Shown here piece after piece: positions 14,028-28,269 of a stretch of DNA of 64,000 nucleotides. The stretch is from Prorocentrum cordatum. Taxonomy: Eukaryota. The position numbers were made by a program, and so were the translations under genes. The DNA lies in the NCBI GenBank assembly GCA_963575745.1, contig CAUYUJ010000225.1:1240001-1304000 (forward strand), read 5' to 3'. The notes beneath the pieces are model-generated. The model worked only from the letters and a program-made list of their open reading frames with translations, was not told the DNA's origin and did not search any database. Every line of letters begins with the position of its first letter. Position 1 is the stretch's first letter.

Positions 14028-14087
<60 letters not shown>

Positions 14088-16710
14088 GCTTGGGTGGGGC
14101 TTGTCCCCCTACAGGGGGGTTCTGGGCGAAAAAATTAAAATACTCAAAAGAACTACCAACGTGATGCTCAAACATAGTCTAAAAAATAGTCCCCTTACTA
14201 TTTCTTCACTATTTTTGAATACTCCTCCTGTAGAGGGACAGGCCCGACTTGAAGTGTATGCTCCAGCTTCCGATGCCTGTCCCCGCCCGAAGCTGCGCCC
14301 CACCTCGGGCGGGGCCCCCCGAGGCTGGCCGTCGGCCTCGGGGGGCCCGCGGCGCCCGCCGCCCGCCTGGCCCTGGCCTGAGCGCTTCGGCTCGGCCCGG
14401 GAGCACACCTCATCGACTGCGGGGGGGGGGGGGCGGCAGGATCGGGCTCCACCAACAGAGGGGGGGGGCACCCCGAGGGTGCGTTCGATCTGCTGGCGCA
14501 TCGGATTTCCGAAGAACGAGGCCCCCCCAGCGCGCCCCGACTGTCGACACCTCTCGGGTTCCGGCGGCGGTCGGAGACCTCGTTTTGCACCGTTTTTCTG
14601 CGGTTTGATGCGCCAACGGACCGAGCTCCCCCCCCCCCGTGGCACCCCCCCTTTCGTTCGGCCCGACAGGAAGGGGGAGGAGGAGCAGCAGCACCAGCAG
14701 GCTGAGGCAAACCTCGAACTCACGCGATCTGGCGCCTTCGCGCAGCCGCTGCGGGGGGCGCGGGAGGATGAAGGGGTCCAGGGACACGCAAAGAAATACA
14801 CACAAACCCCAGGATTCCAGATACTTTCCCATAGCTTCTGGGTCTTCGTCTTCCTCCCCACTTCCCTGATTTTCCCATACTTTCCGGGGGATCGACGATT
14901 AGTTGTGTCTCTGTGTTTGTTCCCCTCCTGAAGGAGGATGGGGCGGGGGAGGGAAAGGAGGCGAGGGCGCGGGCCCGGCCGCGGCGCTCGACCTCCTCTC
15001 CAGCTTCCTGGGCCACGGTAGCCGCCGTGTGGCTGTGGCCGAGCAGCGCCCGAAGGAAGGGAGATTGTCTGCTCCAATTGGAGTAAGGAGAGGAGGATGA
15101 GGAGGAGAAGGAGCACTGGCAGCACCTCAACAAAAGGACCTCGTGCCACTAGCGTAGGAGGAGGAGGAGGAGGAGGAGGACCAGTGTAACAAACGATGTT
15201 GGAATAAACGCTCCCCCCAAGCTCCGTCTTCATGGGCCCCTACAACGGCTCACTTCCACTGAATGACCTGCCTCGTTGGAAGACAACCGTTTGAAGAGCC
15301 TGAAGCATGCCAAAACATTGTTCTCGGGATTCCAACGCCACGCATCAACCTGACTGTTGCGTCTTGACTACCCTAAACCGTGCCAGAACGCCATTCTTGG
15401 GACTTCACCACCACGAAGCATCGTACCTCTTGCACCCTCATAATCGTGAATCCTTCCACAACACCTTTTCTGGTACGTCGATCATGGGAATCCGTGAAGC
15501 TCTTGCAATTTTTTGGAGCGACTGTGCACGGCGCAGGAACCGCCCTCAATTCGTGACGCTCTTACAATTTCTCGAAAAATGTGCGCGGCGCTAAGGCGAG
15601 AACCACATGTTCAAAACCATCCGCCCTCGATCCGCGAAACTCTTGCAATTGTTTTAAAACGAATGTGCGCGGCGCTAAGGCGTGAACCACATTTTGAAAA
15701 CCACCCGCCCTCAATATGTGAAGCTCTTGCAAATATTTAAAATGAATGTGCGCGGCGCTAAAGCGAGAACCACATTTTGAAACCCGCCCCCTGAACCCGT
15801 GAAACTCTTCAAATTTGTACAACGAATGTGCGCGGCGCTAAGGCCAGAGCCACAATTTGAAAACGACTCTATATGTGAAACTGTTGCGAATGTTCATGCT
15901 TCAGGGTCGCAAGTGGTGAGAAAGTCCAAGGCGAAACGCCCAGACCGCGGAGAGGGAGGGGAGCGGAGCAGGAGCAGGAGAGGGAGCACGCAGGAGAAGG
16001 ATGGCCCGTGGCCGCGCTCTTCCAAGCTTCCGCATCACCGAGTGCTGACGGGCCGGACGACGCAGCGGTCTGGCTGATACCCCTCGCCGCGGCGGGCAGC
16101 GAGAGCACCGCTTCCTCCTGCTTCCGGCGATGACCAATCAGCATGATACATGACTCTTCACGGATGGAGCGTCAGTGCCCAGACGTAACAGTGGCACCAG
16201 TGGTACCATACGATGCATCAGTGCGCTTGCGCGGCGCTGCGAAGCCGTCGTCGCCATCTCCTTCCCGCGCCGCCATCTCCCATTATCCTTCTTCTCATGC
16301 TCGTTTGCACCTTCACACGCAGGAGCTATGATAGGAGGAGGAGGAGGAGGAGACAACACCTCGCTAGGGGAATCTCAGGAGCGAGGCCTTGGCAGCACCC
16401 TCCCCCAGGAGTCACCAATCTGGCAACGCGCCTTCCTCTCGCTTTCTCTTCATCGAGATCCTCGTCCTCGGTCTCTTCGTGCTGCTGCTGCTGCTGCTCC
16501 TCTTCCTTCTCTTCCTACTCCTCCTCCTCTTCCTCCTCCTTCCGTCCTCTTCTATCGCTATCTATATTGCTCTCTCTCTCTCTCTATCTCTCTCTCCCCC
16601 CTCCTCCTCCTCCGCCTCCTGCTCCTCTTCCTCATCCTCCTCCTCTATTATATCGTTGTCTCGGTTGCTCTTTGTTTCTTTCTTTATGTATTTCATTTGT
16701 TGTTGCTCTT

Positions 16711-16743
<33 letters not shown>

Positions 16744-19700
16744 CTCTCTCTCTCTCTCTCTCGCAGCCAGGCCTTGGCAGCACCCCTGGGCCGAGTTGAG
16801 GCTCACCTGCAGCGTGACCTGGGGCAGCTCGAAGGACCGCGGCGCAGCCCAAGCTGAGCAGCTTTGACTCTGCCCCCCCCCCTCTTGGAGAGAGTGGGGA
16901 GGGAGGAGGGAGGGAGGAGGACGGAGGGGAGGGAGGAGGACCCCTCCTTTGGGAGGGAGGAGGAGGGGGGAGGGAGGACCCCCCCTCTGAGAGACGATGG
17001 GACGGAGGAGGACTGTCCTCTCCTCCATTCCACAACTCCGTCCTCCGAATTACCCCGCCTCTCCCCTCCCCTCTTACCCGCTGTCCTCCCTCCCCCCTCT
17101 GGGAGAGGGTGGGGAAGGAGGATGACTGTCCTTTCCTCCCTTCCACAACTCCCTCCTCCTAATTACCCCGCCTCCCACCTCCCCTCCTACCCGCTGTCCT
17201 CCCTCCCTCCCTCATCCCCGCCCCCTTACAGTCAGAAGAGAAGTGCCGAAGACCTGGATCGGCTTCGCCTCGAACAGCGGCAGATTCAGCGCTCCTCGCG
17301 CCGAAGCAGGTGTAACCCTTTGTTTCGCCGGCCCAACGGGCCAGAGGCGTGCTAAGTTTTCTGGTAACTGGTACTGGGTCACAGAGTATATGAATATTCT
17401 AGTTCGCGCGCGCGGGGCGGCCCCTGGGGGTCACCAGACGAAAAAAGACCCGGCCGACTCCTGGCAAGGTCCCGGCAAGGTCCGCCCAAGGATGCCAGAA
17501 CTCCCCGGGCCGGTTTTCGGGGCCCTCCAGATCGCCCTAGGAGCGGCCCGAGGAACCTACAGGCAGCTTCAAAAGGGCCCACGAACCGGAATCACGGCCC
17601 AAGAGCGCTCCAAAAAGCCCAAGATGGCCCCAAGACGGCCCAAGAGGCCCCGACGAAGCTCCAAGAGTGCTCCAAGAGGACCCCGAAGAGGGCCCAAAGA
17701 CACACAAATCACTGATTGTCCTTAAGCTTTTCTTATGTGTTTTGCGTTCTAGCGTTTTCGGGCTCCCGGCGCTCCAAGATGGCCCCAGAGGTGGGAGGCC
17801 CCCGAGGCCGGCCCAAAACGGCCCGAGAGGCTCCCAGTAGGGCCCCAATACGGTCCAAAAAAGCCCCCAGATGGCCCCAAGAGGGGGAACACGAACCACC
17901 AATTCCAGCATTCCACCCCAAGAAGCCCCCAGGAGGCCTCAAGAGGCCCCCAAGAGAGCCCAGGCGACCCCGTGGAGGCCCCACGAGGTTCCCGAGAGGC
18001 CCAACATTGCAATGAGAGGCCCCGAGGGGCCCCCAAACGGCCCCCCAAAGGCCACGAACGCGCAAACAAACGCCTGCGATGGCAAAATACGGGCCGGCGA
18101 AATGAGCGAAGCGATCCGCCGCCCCAACGGGAACGGCGCGCGAGATCCCCGCCGCATGGTCTGCACGAACTCAGTCCCCTCAATCTGCGCGCACACGAAC
18201 TCCTCGTACCAATATCCATTCCTCAGAGCCCTTGCAACCCCTCCTGGGGTCCTCCCCGCGGCCTGCTCATTCCGCCGTCCCGGGGGCCACAGCTGCGGAA
18301 TGAGCGCTCTTTGGACATCATCTTCGCTTCAGAACACACCTCCTTGGAAATGTTCGTCTTCAAGGCGCCGCCGGCCTCTCTCAGAGGCCTCTCGGGGAGC
18401 TCACTGGCTCGATTTTGGAGGCCTCCAGACGCTCTCCTGGGGCGATCTTGGCCGTCCTCCATGCCATTTTGGTCCAGTCTGGCAGCCCGCCCACCTCTCC
18501 TCGGCCCACTTCGGCTACAAAAACCAACACGCAAAAAAACCTCGTAAAACACATATGATTATGTCCATTCTGGCCTTGTCGAGCCTCTATTCTTGCCTCG
18601 TTTCGAGCTCACGTGCGTCTTCGCGGGCTCTTGGACGCACGTTGGAATCAGCGGGCGCTCTCTGCGGCTGTCCTCCACGCCTCCCGACCCCGGCCTGGGC
18701 CGTCTGGCAGCATTTTTGGGGCTTTCTTGGGCCGTCCTGGGCGCGCCCAGGGGGTCCCCGGAGCCCCCAAACTAACTGGTATCTCGTTTGTACGCCTCTC
18801 CGTATGCCTTTTCCTGTCGTCCACACTTTTGCACACCCTCAGGCGTCCTTTTAAAATCATGTTCCGACTCTCTTACGGATTTCTGGCGTCTTTTTAAATC
18901 ATTTTCCGGCTCCTGGGGCTTTCTGAGAGCCTTTAAGACCCCGCGTTCGTATTTTTCCAGGCCTCTGAGACCTTATTGTCCAATCTGGCGTCTTTTTTAA
19001 GTCATGTTCCGGCTCTCTTGGGGCTTTCTGAGTCTTTAAGACCCCACTTAACAAAAACCCAGCCAAAGCTAAGTGAACACCCGCGCTACATCCCGATTTG
19101 CCCCCCACGCAACCTCCGCGTTCCAAAAAAAAATGGGGCGGCGGTGTCTGCCCCCTCAGGGGCGTTCAATTGAACATCTATTAGACGCAATATGTTGCTC
19201 AAGGCTGGCTGAAAGCAAACCAGGGGCAAAACTGAGTTGACGCGGGTCCACATATTATGGCTTCCTCAGCCTAGGGCAGCGAGCTGTGACATTTTACGCC
19301 CTTCTGGGACCACGGGAAAAAGAGCCGCCACGGGTAACGTGCCTTACGATCCAAAGAAAGAGAGCTGCTACATACTACGGCTATCTTGGCCTAGGACACG
19401 CGAGCTGTCAAACACTCGTCTGGACCAACGGGGCGGCCGCCGCCGCATGTTACGGCTTTTCCAGTCCACTCTGCCACATGTTACGCCCTTTGGGGCCCAT
19501 AGAACGAAATATGTTGCCTGTTATGGCTCGCTCGGACCAGGTCACGAGAGATGACATGTGTTACCTTCGGGTTCCAGAGAAAAAACTGCTGCATGTCACG
19601 AGCCCCTCGCTCCTTGTCGATCGAGCACCCCTCGTATGTTTGTCGATTACCTCCAGCATGGCTCTAATAAGGCCTGACATGCTCCGAACAGAGACCTTAA

Positions 19701-22160
19701 GAGAGCTCCAGGAGGGCTCCAAGAGGCTTCCAAACAGGCCACAAGAGGGCCTCACGTATATTGGGGGACACTTAAATCTGAACTGCACGAAATACATGAA
19801 AGCACATCCCGGCTAAGCTACGCTACGCTAGTCGAAGCGAATCCAGGCAGCACGGAGTTTTGCTAACCACCGCAACACTAATAGAAGCTGAGTCGCCTGG
19901 CACCAAAACCAATCAACCCAGCCTAGGCTAAGCTCACCCCAACTACGCAAATCCAACGTGAGCCAAACATTGGCACGCCTAGCCAACCTCAACTGAACTC
20001 GCCCGTGTCGCCCTCTGCTACGCTGTGCAAGCACATGCTAGACTGCGCGAGGGCGATGCTAAGCAGAGTCACGCTGCGCGGAGCAAGGCAACATGACAGC
20101 TTGTGCTGATCCCTGCTTCGGTTTGAGTTCCCCCTTTGCTTCATTAAAGTCCTCCGCCCCCCTTCCCACGACAGCTCGCCCAGAATCGTTTTCGGAAGGG
20201 TTGCTGCGTTCTGGTGGCGCACGCAGCGTCCAAAACTTTCCCGTGGGAGCCCGCCGTGGCCCCCGCTGTGCGGGCCGCGTGGGCAACGCTCTTTGCGCTC
20301 GTGAACACAATGCGAACAGCGGCCGCGTGCGACTGCGAACGACAAAAACGTTCGAAGGCAACTGTGGGGAAGTCTCCGTCGAAAGATTAAGGAGGATTAA
20401 ACCCCATCGGGGGGCTGTTACCCCGGATTAGAGAGCGGATTAAGCGGGATTAAGCCGGATTAAGCGGGATTCAACCAGATCAGGCTGGATCAAGCCGAAT
20501 TTCGGACCAGGGCAGAGTCAGAGCTTGACCTTCCAAGAGTTGCATCCGAAAAAAGGTGCGTCACAAAACGGACATTGGCGAAACGGCACATCGGATATCG
20601 CGGCGCGCAGGCGCGAGGACACGCACACGGGCGGGTAGCGGGCAACCGGGCGGGCCCTGGGGCGGCGTCTCTCCCGTCACCCTCGGCACGCCCTCGGTCG
20701 CCAGGGAGTCCTGCCGGGCAGGAAGGGGCAAGACGGACAGCTCGCGAACAGGCAGATGTCCTGCGACCCGCCTCCACTTCCAGGACTCCATCGCAGTGCA
20801 TCACTCCCTCCGCCCGCCCTTTCACGCTCGCCTCCCCTCCCTCCCTCCCGCTTGCGTCGGGCTGGCTGGGGCGCCATCCTCGTCCTCGCTGTCTTCGTCC
20901 TCGTCGGAGGGGAAGAGCTCCACACCTCGGCGCGACCACCATCGTGGAAAGGGGCGCTCCTCCTCCTCCTCCTCCTCCTCCTTCTCCTCCTCCTCCTCCT
21001 CCTCCTCCTCCTCCTCCTCCTCCTCTTATTGGCTCCTGCTGTCCCGATGCCATCTGTTCTCGCTGGCGGAGCCTGTAATGGACCGACCAAAAACATGATC
21101 GACAATGATCGACCCACGAATCCGGATCGTCGGCCGCGTGACCCGTCAGCGTGGTGAATTCGAGATGACTCAAAACAGACAATCAGAACGGGCAATTGAA
21201 GTCTGATGCACTTGGCTCCACAACGTCACAGACAACCAACATGAACGAACAAGCGGGTCTCAAACAGCCCTTCAGCTGCGACCTGCCTCCGCGCAGCTCC
21301 TCCATGTATTTCTTCATCCAAGGAGGGGTTCCTTGGGGACAATATTTTGCCCTGGTGTTGGGCTTATTGTTGTAGCTATCTTCTGGAGTACGTGCTGTCC
21401 GGTAGCAGGGCGACCTCAGCATCCAACAGTGATGCGCAAAACCGATGGCAAGAGGATTCGGATGGAGAGGGGGAGGAGTACGGGTCACAGATGGAGGAAG
21501 GGCTCAGGATGGGGATGAGGAGGGGAAGAAAGGCAAGCATGGTGTGCATACCTATCTGTCATCCGAGAGAAGCCAAGCCTTGCCATCCCCCGCGGCCGCT
21601 CAGCTTCACGCGTGCTGAGGCGCCCTTGATGCCAAAGGCCCACTCGACGCCGCGGCTCTTCTCCCAATCGGCCCGCATCGCCGTCACCTGATCCACCTGC
21701 CCGGTCAAGCAGTGAGCCCGACGAAGAGGAGGAGCGAGAGGAAAGAGAAAGCAGCACAATATCAGAAGCAGCCATGACATCGAATCCACATAGCGTCACG
21801 CGAGATCATCGCACGCTCCTCTGACTATCTGCAGACTAACCTTCCTCCCAAGTGAGCAAGGGCACGGACGCGACCAGTCGCGTCAAGCATGGACAGACAA
21901 GCTAAATGCGCAACACTCGATGCATAACACCGCGTATCATCTTGAAACGACATTGCGGTCCTCCTTCTCCTCCCCCTCCTCCAACTATGTACCCCATTCT
22001 CCACTTATGCCCCCCTGTCTCGTACTCCTCCTCTTCCTCCTCTTCCTCCTCAACTCCCCCAACTTTGCCCTGTGCGGACTCAGCGATGGACGAATCCTTG
22101 TCCATCACCGTGCTCACTGGAACGTTAAGGCGTGGTAAAATGCCAAGTGCTGTCTGGTAG
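11151..22160 (-). CDS. Candidate short exons of an unidentified multi-exon gene (exon set and frames uncertain)
   Basis: Non-repetitive islands bounded by AG|G acceptors and AG|GT or AG|GC donors on the minus strand. Examples: ~21620-21696 (VDQVTAMRADWEKSRGVEWAFGIK), ~19630-19674 (LIRAMLEVIDKHTR), ~18145-18221 (NGYWYEEFVCAQIEGTEFVQTMRR), ~17254-17294 (ALNLPLFEAKPIQ), 14378-14408, 11404-~11530 and 11151-11189. No family recognised. Confidence 0.35.
11197..11389. mobile_element. MITE with 51-bp inverted repeats; a diverged relative lies at ~44665-44850
   Basis: 11214-11264 matches the reverse complement of 11325-11375 at 48/51. The core CCTGGC.CGCGGAGCGCGCCA is shared with the 44.7-kb copy. 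Confidence 0.88.
11594..11885. mobile_element. Foldback-type element with inverted arrays of ~19-bp subrepeats
   Basis: The left half repeats (GT/C)TGTCATAAAAAA and the right half repeats its complement TTTTTATGACAACC. Confidence 0.8.
12575..12800 (+). repeat. (GAG)n microsatellite
   Basis: Direct reading. Similar (GAG)/(CCT) tracts lie at ~20960, 25230, 27690, 43900-44310 and 54990-55110. Confidence 0.95.
12830..13597 (+). repeat. CCAAGA-GGCC degenerate ~11-bp array family (dispersed)
   Basis: Recurrent CCCAAGAGG/CCAAGACGG units. Other copies at ~17540-18060, 22480-22640, 28600-28890, 31320-31500, 34400-35000 (inverted), 47850-49630, 59690-59980 and 60720-61460. Confidence 0.88.
14097..14250. 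mobile_element. MITE with AT-rich core; a solo end of the same family lies at ~40110-40153
   Basis: GGGCTTGTCCCCCTACAGGGGG matches the reverse complement of CTCCTGTAGAGGGACAGGCCC. The 40.1-kb copy reads GAGTATTCCCCCTGTAGAGAGACACGCCCGACTT. Confidence 0.8.
15490..15890 (+). repeat. ~83-bp tandem repeat (about 5 units)
   Basis: TGTGCGCGGCGCTAAGGCG.GAACCACAT recurs at ~15580, 15665, 15748 and 15828. Confidence 0.9.
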
Positions 22161-23503
22161 GGTTTCAGTATTCTCATAAGAGACCCCGCCCCCTTTTTAC
22201 TCGCATTCGGCCGAGTGCAAACCCCCTCCCTCCCGAAGCAACGATCCCTCGTAGAAGAATTACGGATCTGCGCTCCCGAGGCCACAAATCCTAGCAAACA
22301 CGATGTACCCGTGCCCAGAACTTCAAATACGGCTCGTGCAGGGACACCAGGATGGTCCAAGATGCCTAGACGACGGAGGGCGGCTGAAGATGGCCGGCCA
22401 CAGGAGGACCTCCGACGATGTCCGAATACGCCAAAATATTGTAGTTACCTCAATACGAATCAAGAAGCCTCCAATAAGATGGCCCCTCGACGGCCCCAAG
22501 ACGAGTCCACCACGGCCCCAAGATACACCCAAGACAGCCAGGATGGCCTCACGACGGCCCCGATTAGCCACCAAGACAATCAAAAGAACCCCAAAGCACC
22601 CCCAAGACTGCTCCACAGGAGACCCAGTCAGCCCCAAGGCAACATCAACAACGAACATCATCAACAACAACATCAACGTCACCATCACCATCACCACCAC
22701 CGTCAAGAACAACATCAACATCACCATCATCACAGCCATCCTACCACCTACTGTATTAAAAAGCTGTGATCGGCACTATGAGAGGGAACAACCCCTGGGT
22801 CTTCGCCAATCGATAACACCTCGAGCTTCGATCTTTGATCGATCCCAAGATGACTCCAAGATAGGCTCGTGACCCGAACGGATGAACGGCGCCGCCGTGG
22901 TGGACGAGATGCGCGGTTGTCAAGACAACCCGAACGAAATCGCCACTCTCTGGCGGCGTGAAAAGCGGCCGGAAAATACTCTGTGAGGAATTTTCAGGCG
23001 ATATCGCCACTCTCAAGCGGCATGAAGATCGGTCAATTTTTTTCTGAGGGAATCCCACGCGAAATCATCATTTTCAGATGTCATGGCAAATTTTCAGATC
23101 GCCCTGGAAAACGATCCGAAAATTGTTGTGAGAGAAAATTTCGGGCGGAATCGCATTTTCAGACGCTGACCCCATTCAGCAGTTATTCTTTCGAAAGCGG
23201 TGAAAGATGCATCGGAAATTCCCACAACCGCCCCAACTCAAACATTGTCCCGGGGCCCCGCGGCCTAACGGGAGGCCAACAGTGTCTCTCTATAGATCCC
23301 CACGGTCTCCACTTTTTAATCCAGCGGGCTGTAGGCATATTTGTCATCCTCATCCTCATCCTCATCCTCATCCTCATCCTCATCCTCATCCTCATCATCA
23401 TCATCCTCATCCTCCTCCTCCTCCTCCCCCTCCTCCTCCCCCTGCTCCTCCTCATCATCATCCGCATCAGCATCATCACTACCACCATCACCACCACCAC
23501 AAC

Positions 23504-23556
<53 letters not shown>

Positions 23557-23622
23557 GCCACCACCATCATCAGCATCATCATCAGCATCATGGTCGTCGT
23601 CGTTGATATTATCATCACAATC

Positions 23623-24470
23623 ATATCAGCCAGCCTTGACTACAAATAAGTTAGACGACTCAAATCAAGAAATCCGAGGAATCAAGCATGCTTGTAATCC
23701 GAAGCTCAGCAAGCAAGCACGCGTGCAAGCAAGCGCGCAAGCAAGCAAGCACGAAAGTAAGCAAGCAAGCGTGCAAGCGCGCAAGCAAACAAGCACGCAA
23801 GCAAGCAGGCATAGGCATTGGCGTAGGCATAGGAGTTTGGAGGGCATAGGCATAGGCATACGCATAGGAATTAGGTGGGGGGGTATAGGAATTAGGGGGG
23901 GCAGCGGACCTATTAGTAGGGTTTTAGCTAGGACTCCTATAGGGCAAGCCTATTTGGAGAATATTGCTCCTCGTCCCCCTCGTCCGCCATACTCTCCTCC
24001 GTTCCTCCTCCTTGTTCTCATCTTACTCAGTCTCTCCTCGTCATCGTAAGCATCAGCATCATATCAGCCAGCGTTGACTAGAAATAGAGTAGACGGCTCA
24101 CATCAAAGAATCAGAGGAATCAAGCATGCTTGGAATCCGCAACTCGGCAAGCAAGCAAGCGTGCAAGCAAGCGCACAAGCGCGCAATCAAGCAAGCAAGC
24201 AAGCGAGCGAGCGAGCGAGCGAGCGAGCAAGCACGCAAGCAAGCAGGCAGAGGCAGTGGCGTAGGCATAGGAGTTAGGGGGGAGGCATGGGCATAGGCAT
24301 AGCCGTAGCGATAGAAATTAGAGGGGGGGGGGGCAACGGACCTATTAGTAGGGTGTGAGCTAGGACTCATATATGGCAAGCCTATTTGGAGAATATTGCT
24401 CCTCGTCCCCCTCGTCCGCCATACTCTCCTCCGTCCCTCCTCCTTGTTCATCAGCATCCGTATCAGCATT
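23623..24470 (+). repeat. Tandem duplication of a ~438-bp element with (GCAA)n and (GGCATA)n cores; shorter relative at 8373-8585
   Basis: ATATCAGCCAGC.TTGACT at 23623, 24061 and 8373. All three end with ATTAGTAGGGT...ACTC..AT..GGCAAGCCT. Confidence 0.88.
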
Positions 24471-24472
24471 AA

Positions 24473-24507
<35 letters not shown>

Positions 24508-24572
24508 GCTTAATCGGCATCATCATCATGCTCAACATCATCACAATCATCATCATCATCAGTATCATCATT

Positions 24573-24618
<46 letters not shown>

Positions 24619-24655
24619 GCATCATCATCATCATCGACATCATCAACATCATCAA

Positions 24656-24717
<62 letters not shown>

Positions 24718-25559
24718 ATGGCCGCAACACGTCTGAAGCGACAGTGTCAATACCACAGACAATCGGCGGAATTGCGGGACAACGCATGCAATTATTGATG
24801 ATCCTTCATGCTGGTCGAGTGGCAATAACACCGCCTTGCAATCAGTCCTCGTTTTCTCCCCCCAGCAGCGTCTGCACCGAGAGGTTTTTTCGGCGGTGGA
24901 CAAAACCTCCCTTTAGTAAACCACCCTGTAGTGAAAACGGCCTAGGACCGAAACCGACGGACCTGGACCCGCAAACATAACGGCTGCGACGCCCTCTCGC
25001 GAACCGAAAACGTCCAATTCACTAATCGACGTGTCAGGGTAGGAGGTCTATCAAACTCCGATTCTCGCTTTGCCCTGCCTCGGCTGTGCGCGGTCCCCTG
25101 CGAGCAATGCTTGCACTGAGCTGCACCGGGTGTGCCGGGGCGGGGCTTTCGCATGGTGCCTGGTTGATGGCCGCCCGTGGGCGCCTCGTGGGCGCCCCGT
25201 GCGCTGGGTGGGTGTGCTGGGGTTTCGCCTGGGAGGAGGAGGAGGAGGAGGCGGAGGAGGTGGCGGAGGAGGAAGTGGTGGCGGAGGAGGAGGAGGAGGA
25301 ATGAGGAGGAGGAGGAGGAGGAGGAGGAGGAGGAGGAGGTTCTCGAGGCCGGGGGATTGTGGAGTCCCTCGTCGTTTTCATACGGCTTTTATCGAATGAA
25401 ACGCTCTTTCACCCTGAAACGTTGATTGTTTTTGTCATTTTCATTTTCGCCATGATCCCCTCATACTAATATTTTCTCGTTCTATCGTTCTCTAGTGTCA
25501 TCTCTCTCTCTTTCTCTTTGTCTCTCTCTCTCTCTCTCTTTGTCTATCTCCTGCACCAG

Positions 25560-27540
25560 GCCAATGCATGCTGATGAGATACAAATCCATCCCCAACCCA
25601 CACCAATGCCAATGCAATGCCAATGGGGGAATCCTTTCGTTCGGTGGATTTCAATAAGAATACTTTGTGGATGATGTTATTACGAATCCTTCTTCGGAGG
25701 ATTTCAATAGAAATGCTTATGTGCAGGATTTCGATAAAGATCCTCATGTGGAGGGTTTCACTAAGAAACCTTCATGTGGGAGGATTCAATCGGAATCGCT
25801 CTTGTGGAGGGTTTCAGTAGGAGTCCCTCTGCGGAGGGAGCCATTAGGATTCGCCAGCGCAATGCTAACGCAATGCCAAAGCCTTGCCATCGCAATGCCA
25901 AACCAATGCCAAGGCGATCCCAATTCAATGCCAATGCAATGCCAATGGGGGGGATCCTTTGTGGTAGATTCCAAACGGAATCCTACCTGTGTAGGGTTTC
26001 GATTAGAATCCTTCCGTGGGGGGGTTCAGTATGAATTGTTCATGTGGGGGGCTTTCAAAAGGATCCCTTCTTGTGGAAGGTAAGGAATCCTTCTGTGGTG
26101 GGAGCCACTCGAACTCGCCAGCGCAATGCCGAAGCAATGCCAACGCAATGCCAAACCAATGCCAATGCAATGCCAATGCGCGGAATTGTTTGTGGTAGAT
26201 TTCAATAGCAATCCGTCTAAAAACCCTTCTTCGGGGAATTTCAATAGGAAACCTTCTATGGAGGGCTTCGCATGGAACCCTTCTGTTGAGGATTTCAATT
26301 TGAATCCTTCTTTTGGGGGGGATTCAATAGGCATCCTTTTTGTGGGAGTGTTCACTGGGAATCCTTCTGTGAAGTGTTTGAGTAGGACTCGCCAGCGCAA
26401 TGTCAACGCAATGCCAACGCACTGCTAACGTACTGCCATCGCAATGCCATCGCAATGCCAATGCGATGCCAAACCGTTGCCAAACCAATGCCAATGCGAT
26501 GCCGATGGCGGGATTCCAGTCTTCCAACTGATTTCACTAGGAATCCTTATGTGGATGATTTGGTTACGAATCCTTCTTCGGAGGATTTCGATAGGAATCC
26601 TCCCGTGGAGGGTTTCGATTGGGATCTTCCTGTGGGGGGTTTCACTTTGAATCCTTCATGTGGGGGCTTTCAAAAGGATCCCTTCTTGTGCAAGGTTTTC
26701 ATAGGAATCCTTCTGTGGGGGGAGCCACTAGAACTCGCCAGCGCAATGCCAACGCAATACCAACGCAATGCCAAGCCAATGCCAAAGCGATCCCCATTCA
26801 ATGCCAATGCAATGCCAATGGGAGAAATCGTTTGTGGTCGGGTTCAAGAAGAATCCTTCTATGGAGGGCTTCGAATGGAATCCTTCCGTGAGGGAGTTCA
26901 ATGTGAACCCTTCCTGTGGGATGCTTCCATCGGAATCCTTCTTGTGGGGGGTTCAAAAGGAATCATTATGCGAAGGGAGGTGTTGGAACTCGCCATCGCA
27001 ATGCCAGCGCAATGCCAACGCAGTGCCAACGCAATGCCACACCAATGCCAAAGCGATCCCAACCCAATGCCAATGCACTGCCAATGGGGAAAATCCTTCG
27101 TGGTAGACTTCAATAAGAATCCTTCTGTGGAGGGCTTCGCATGGAATCCTTCTGTGGAGAGTGTGAAACGTTTTTGTGGAGGGTTTCAATAGGAGTCCTT
27201 CTTGTAGAAGGTTTCGTTCTGTGGAGTGTTCCACTAGGACTCGCCAGCGCAATGCTTGCGAAATGCAAGCGCACTAGCAACGCACTGCCAAGCGCAATGC
27301 CAACCCAATGCCAAAGCGATGCCTAACCATTGCCAAACCAATGCCAATGCAATGCCAACGGGGGGTTCTTTCTTTCGAAGCATCTCAATATCAATCTTTC
27401 TGCGGGTGATTTCAATAGGAATCCATATGTGGAGGATTCCGGTAGGGATTATTCAGTGGAGGGTTTCGATTGGAATCCTTCTGTAGAGGACTTCATTATG
27501 AATCCTTCTTGTGGGGGCGTTCAATAGGAATCCTTCTAGA
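25560..27540 (+). repeat. ~28-bp GGAATCCTT satellite alternating with (CAATGC)n blocks
   Basis: GGAATCCTTCTGTGGAGGGTTTCAATA-type units interrupted repeatedly by CTCGCCAGCGCAATGCCAA... blocks. Confidence 0.92.
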
Positions 27541-28081
27541 GGGGAGGGCAGATGAGGTCACGTCGCACTCCTTTTTTTCCGCCGCCGACCCCCCCCCAAA
27601 AAAAAAGAATCAGAAACAAAAAATCTGGTCAGTTTTTTTTGGGGGGGGGGGGGGGGGGGGGCAGGGGGGAGAGAGAGAAAAAAGGAGGAAGGAGGAGGAG
27701 GAGGATTAGGAGGAGGAGGAGGAGGAGGAGGAGGAGGAGGAGGAGGAGGGGGAGGCGGAAGGAGAGGAGGACGCCACAGAGTACGCACACCACTGAAAGA
27801 CGCACGCGCGAACTCAGTGTGAAAGCCTCGCGCGCGCGCCCTGGAACCCCGAGGGGCTCCACAGTCCCCCGTTCTCAAGGAGGAGGAGGAGGAGCAGAAA
27901 GAGGAGCAGGAGGAGGAGGAGGACGGTGGTCGCCCGTGGGCGCATGGGCACCCAATGAGCTGGGCGGGTGTGCCGGGTCTTCGCCCGGTGCCCACTCGTT
28001 GCTGCCCGTGGGCGTCCCGAGCGCCGGGAGCACCACGCAGCTCGCACCACATAGCCTGCGCCACACAGATCGCATCACGTA

Positions 28082-28269
28082 CTCTGGGTTTCTCAATAAG
28101 CGTGGGGGGGGGTACCACCCCCGACGGGGGTCAACCTCGCCTCGTCGTCGCGCCGCGACGGGGGTGGGAGCGCGCCTTCGGCGTGCGGTGGCTGCCCGCG
28201 ACGGGGGTCGATGTGGAGCTGTCGGCGGGGGTGACGCCCCCCCCCCGACGCTTATTAAGAAACTCGGAG
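28082..28269. mobile_element. Tc1/mariner-type MITE with TA target duplication
   Basis: TA|CTCTGGGTTTCTCAATAAGCGT...ACGCTTATTAAGAAACTCGGAG|TA. Confidence 0.85.

Noticed and set aside
12211..14931. Long 435-, 274- and 381-aa ORFs
   Set aside because: They run through (GAG)n, CCAAGA arrays, (TA)n and MITEs with no domain signal.
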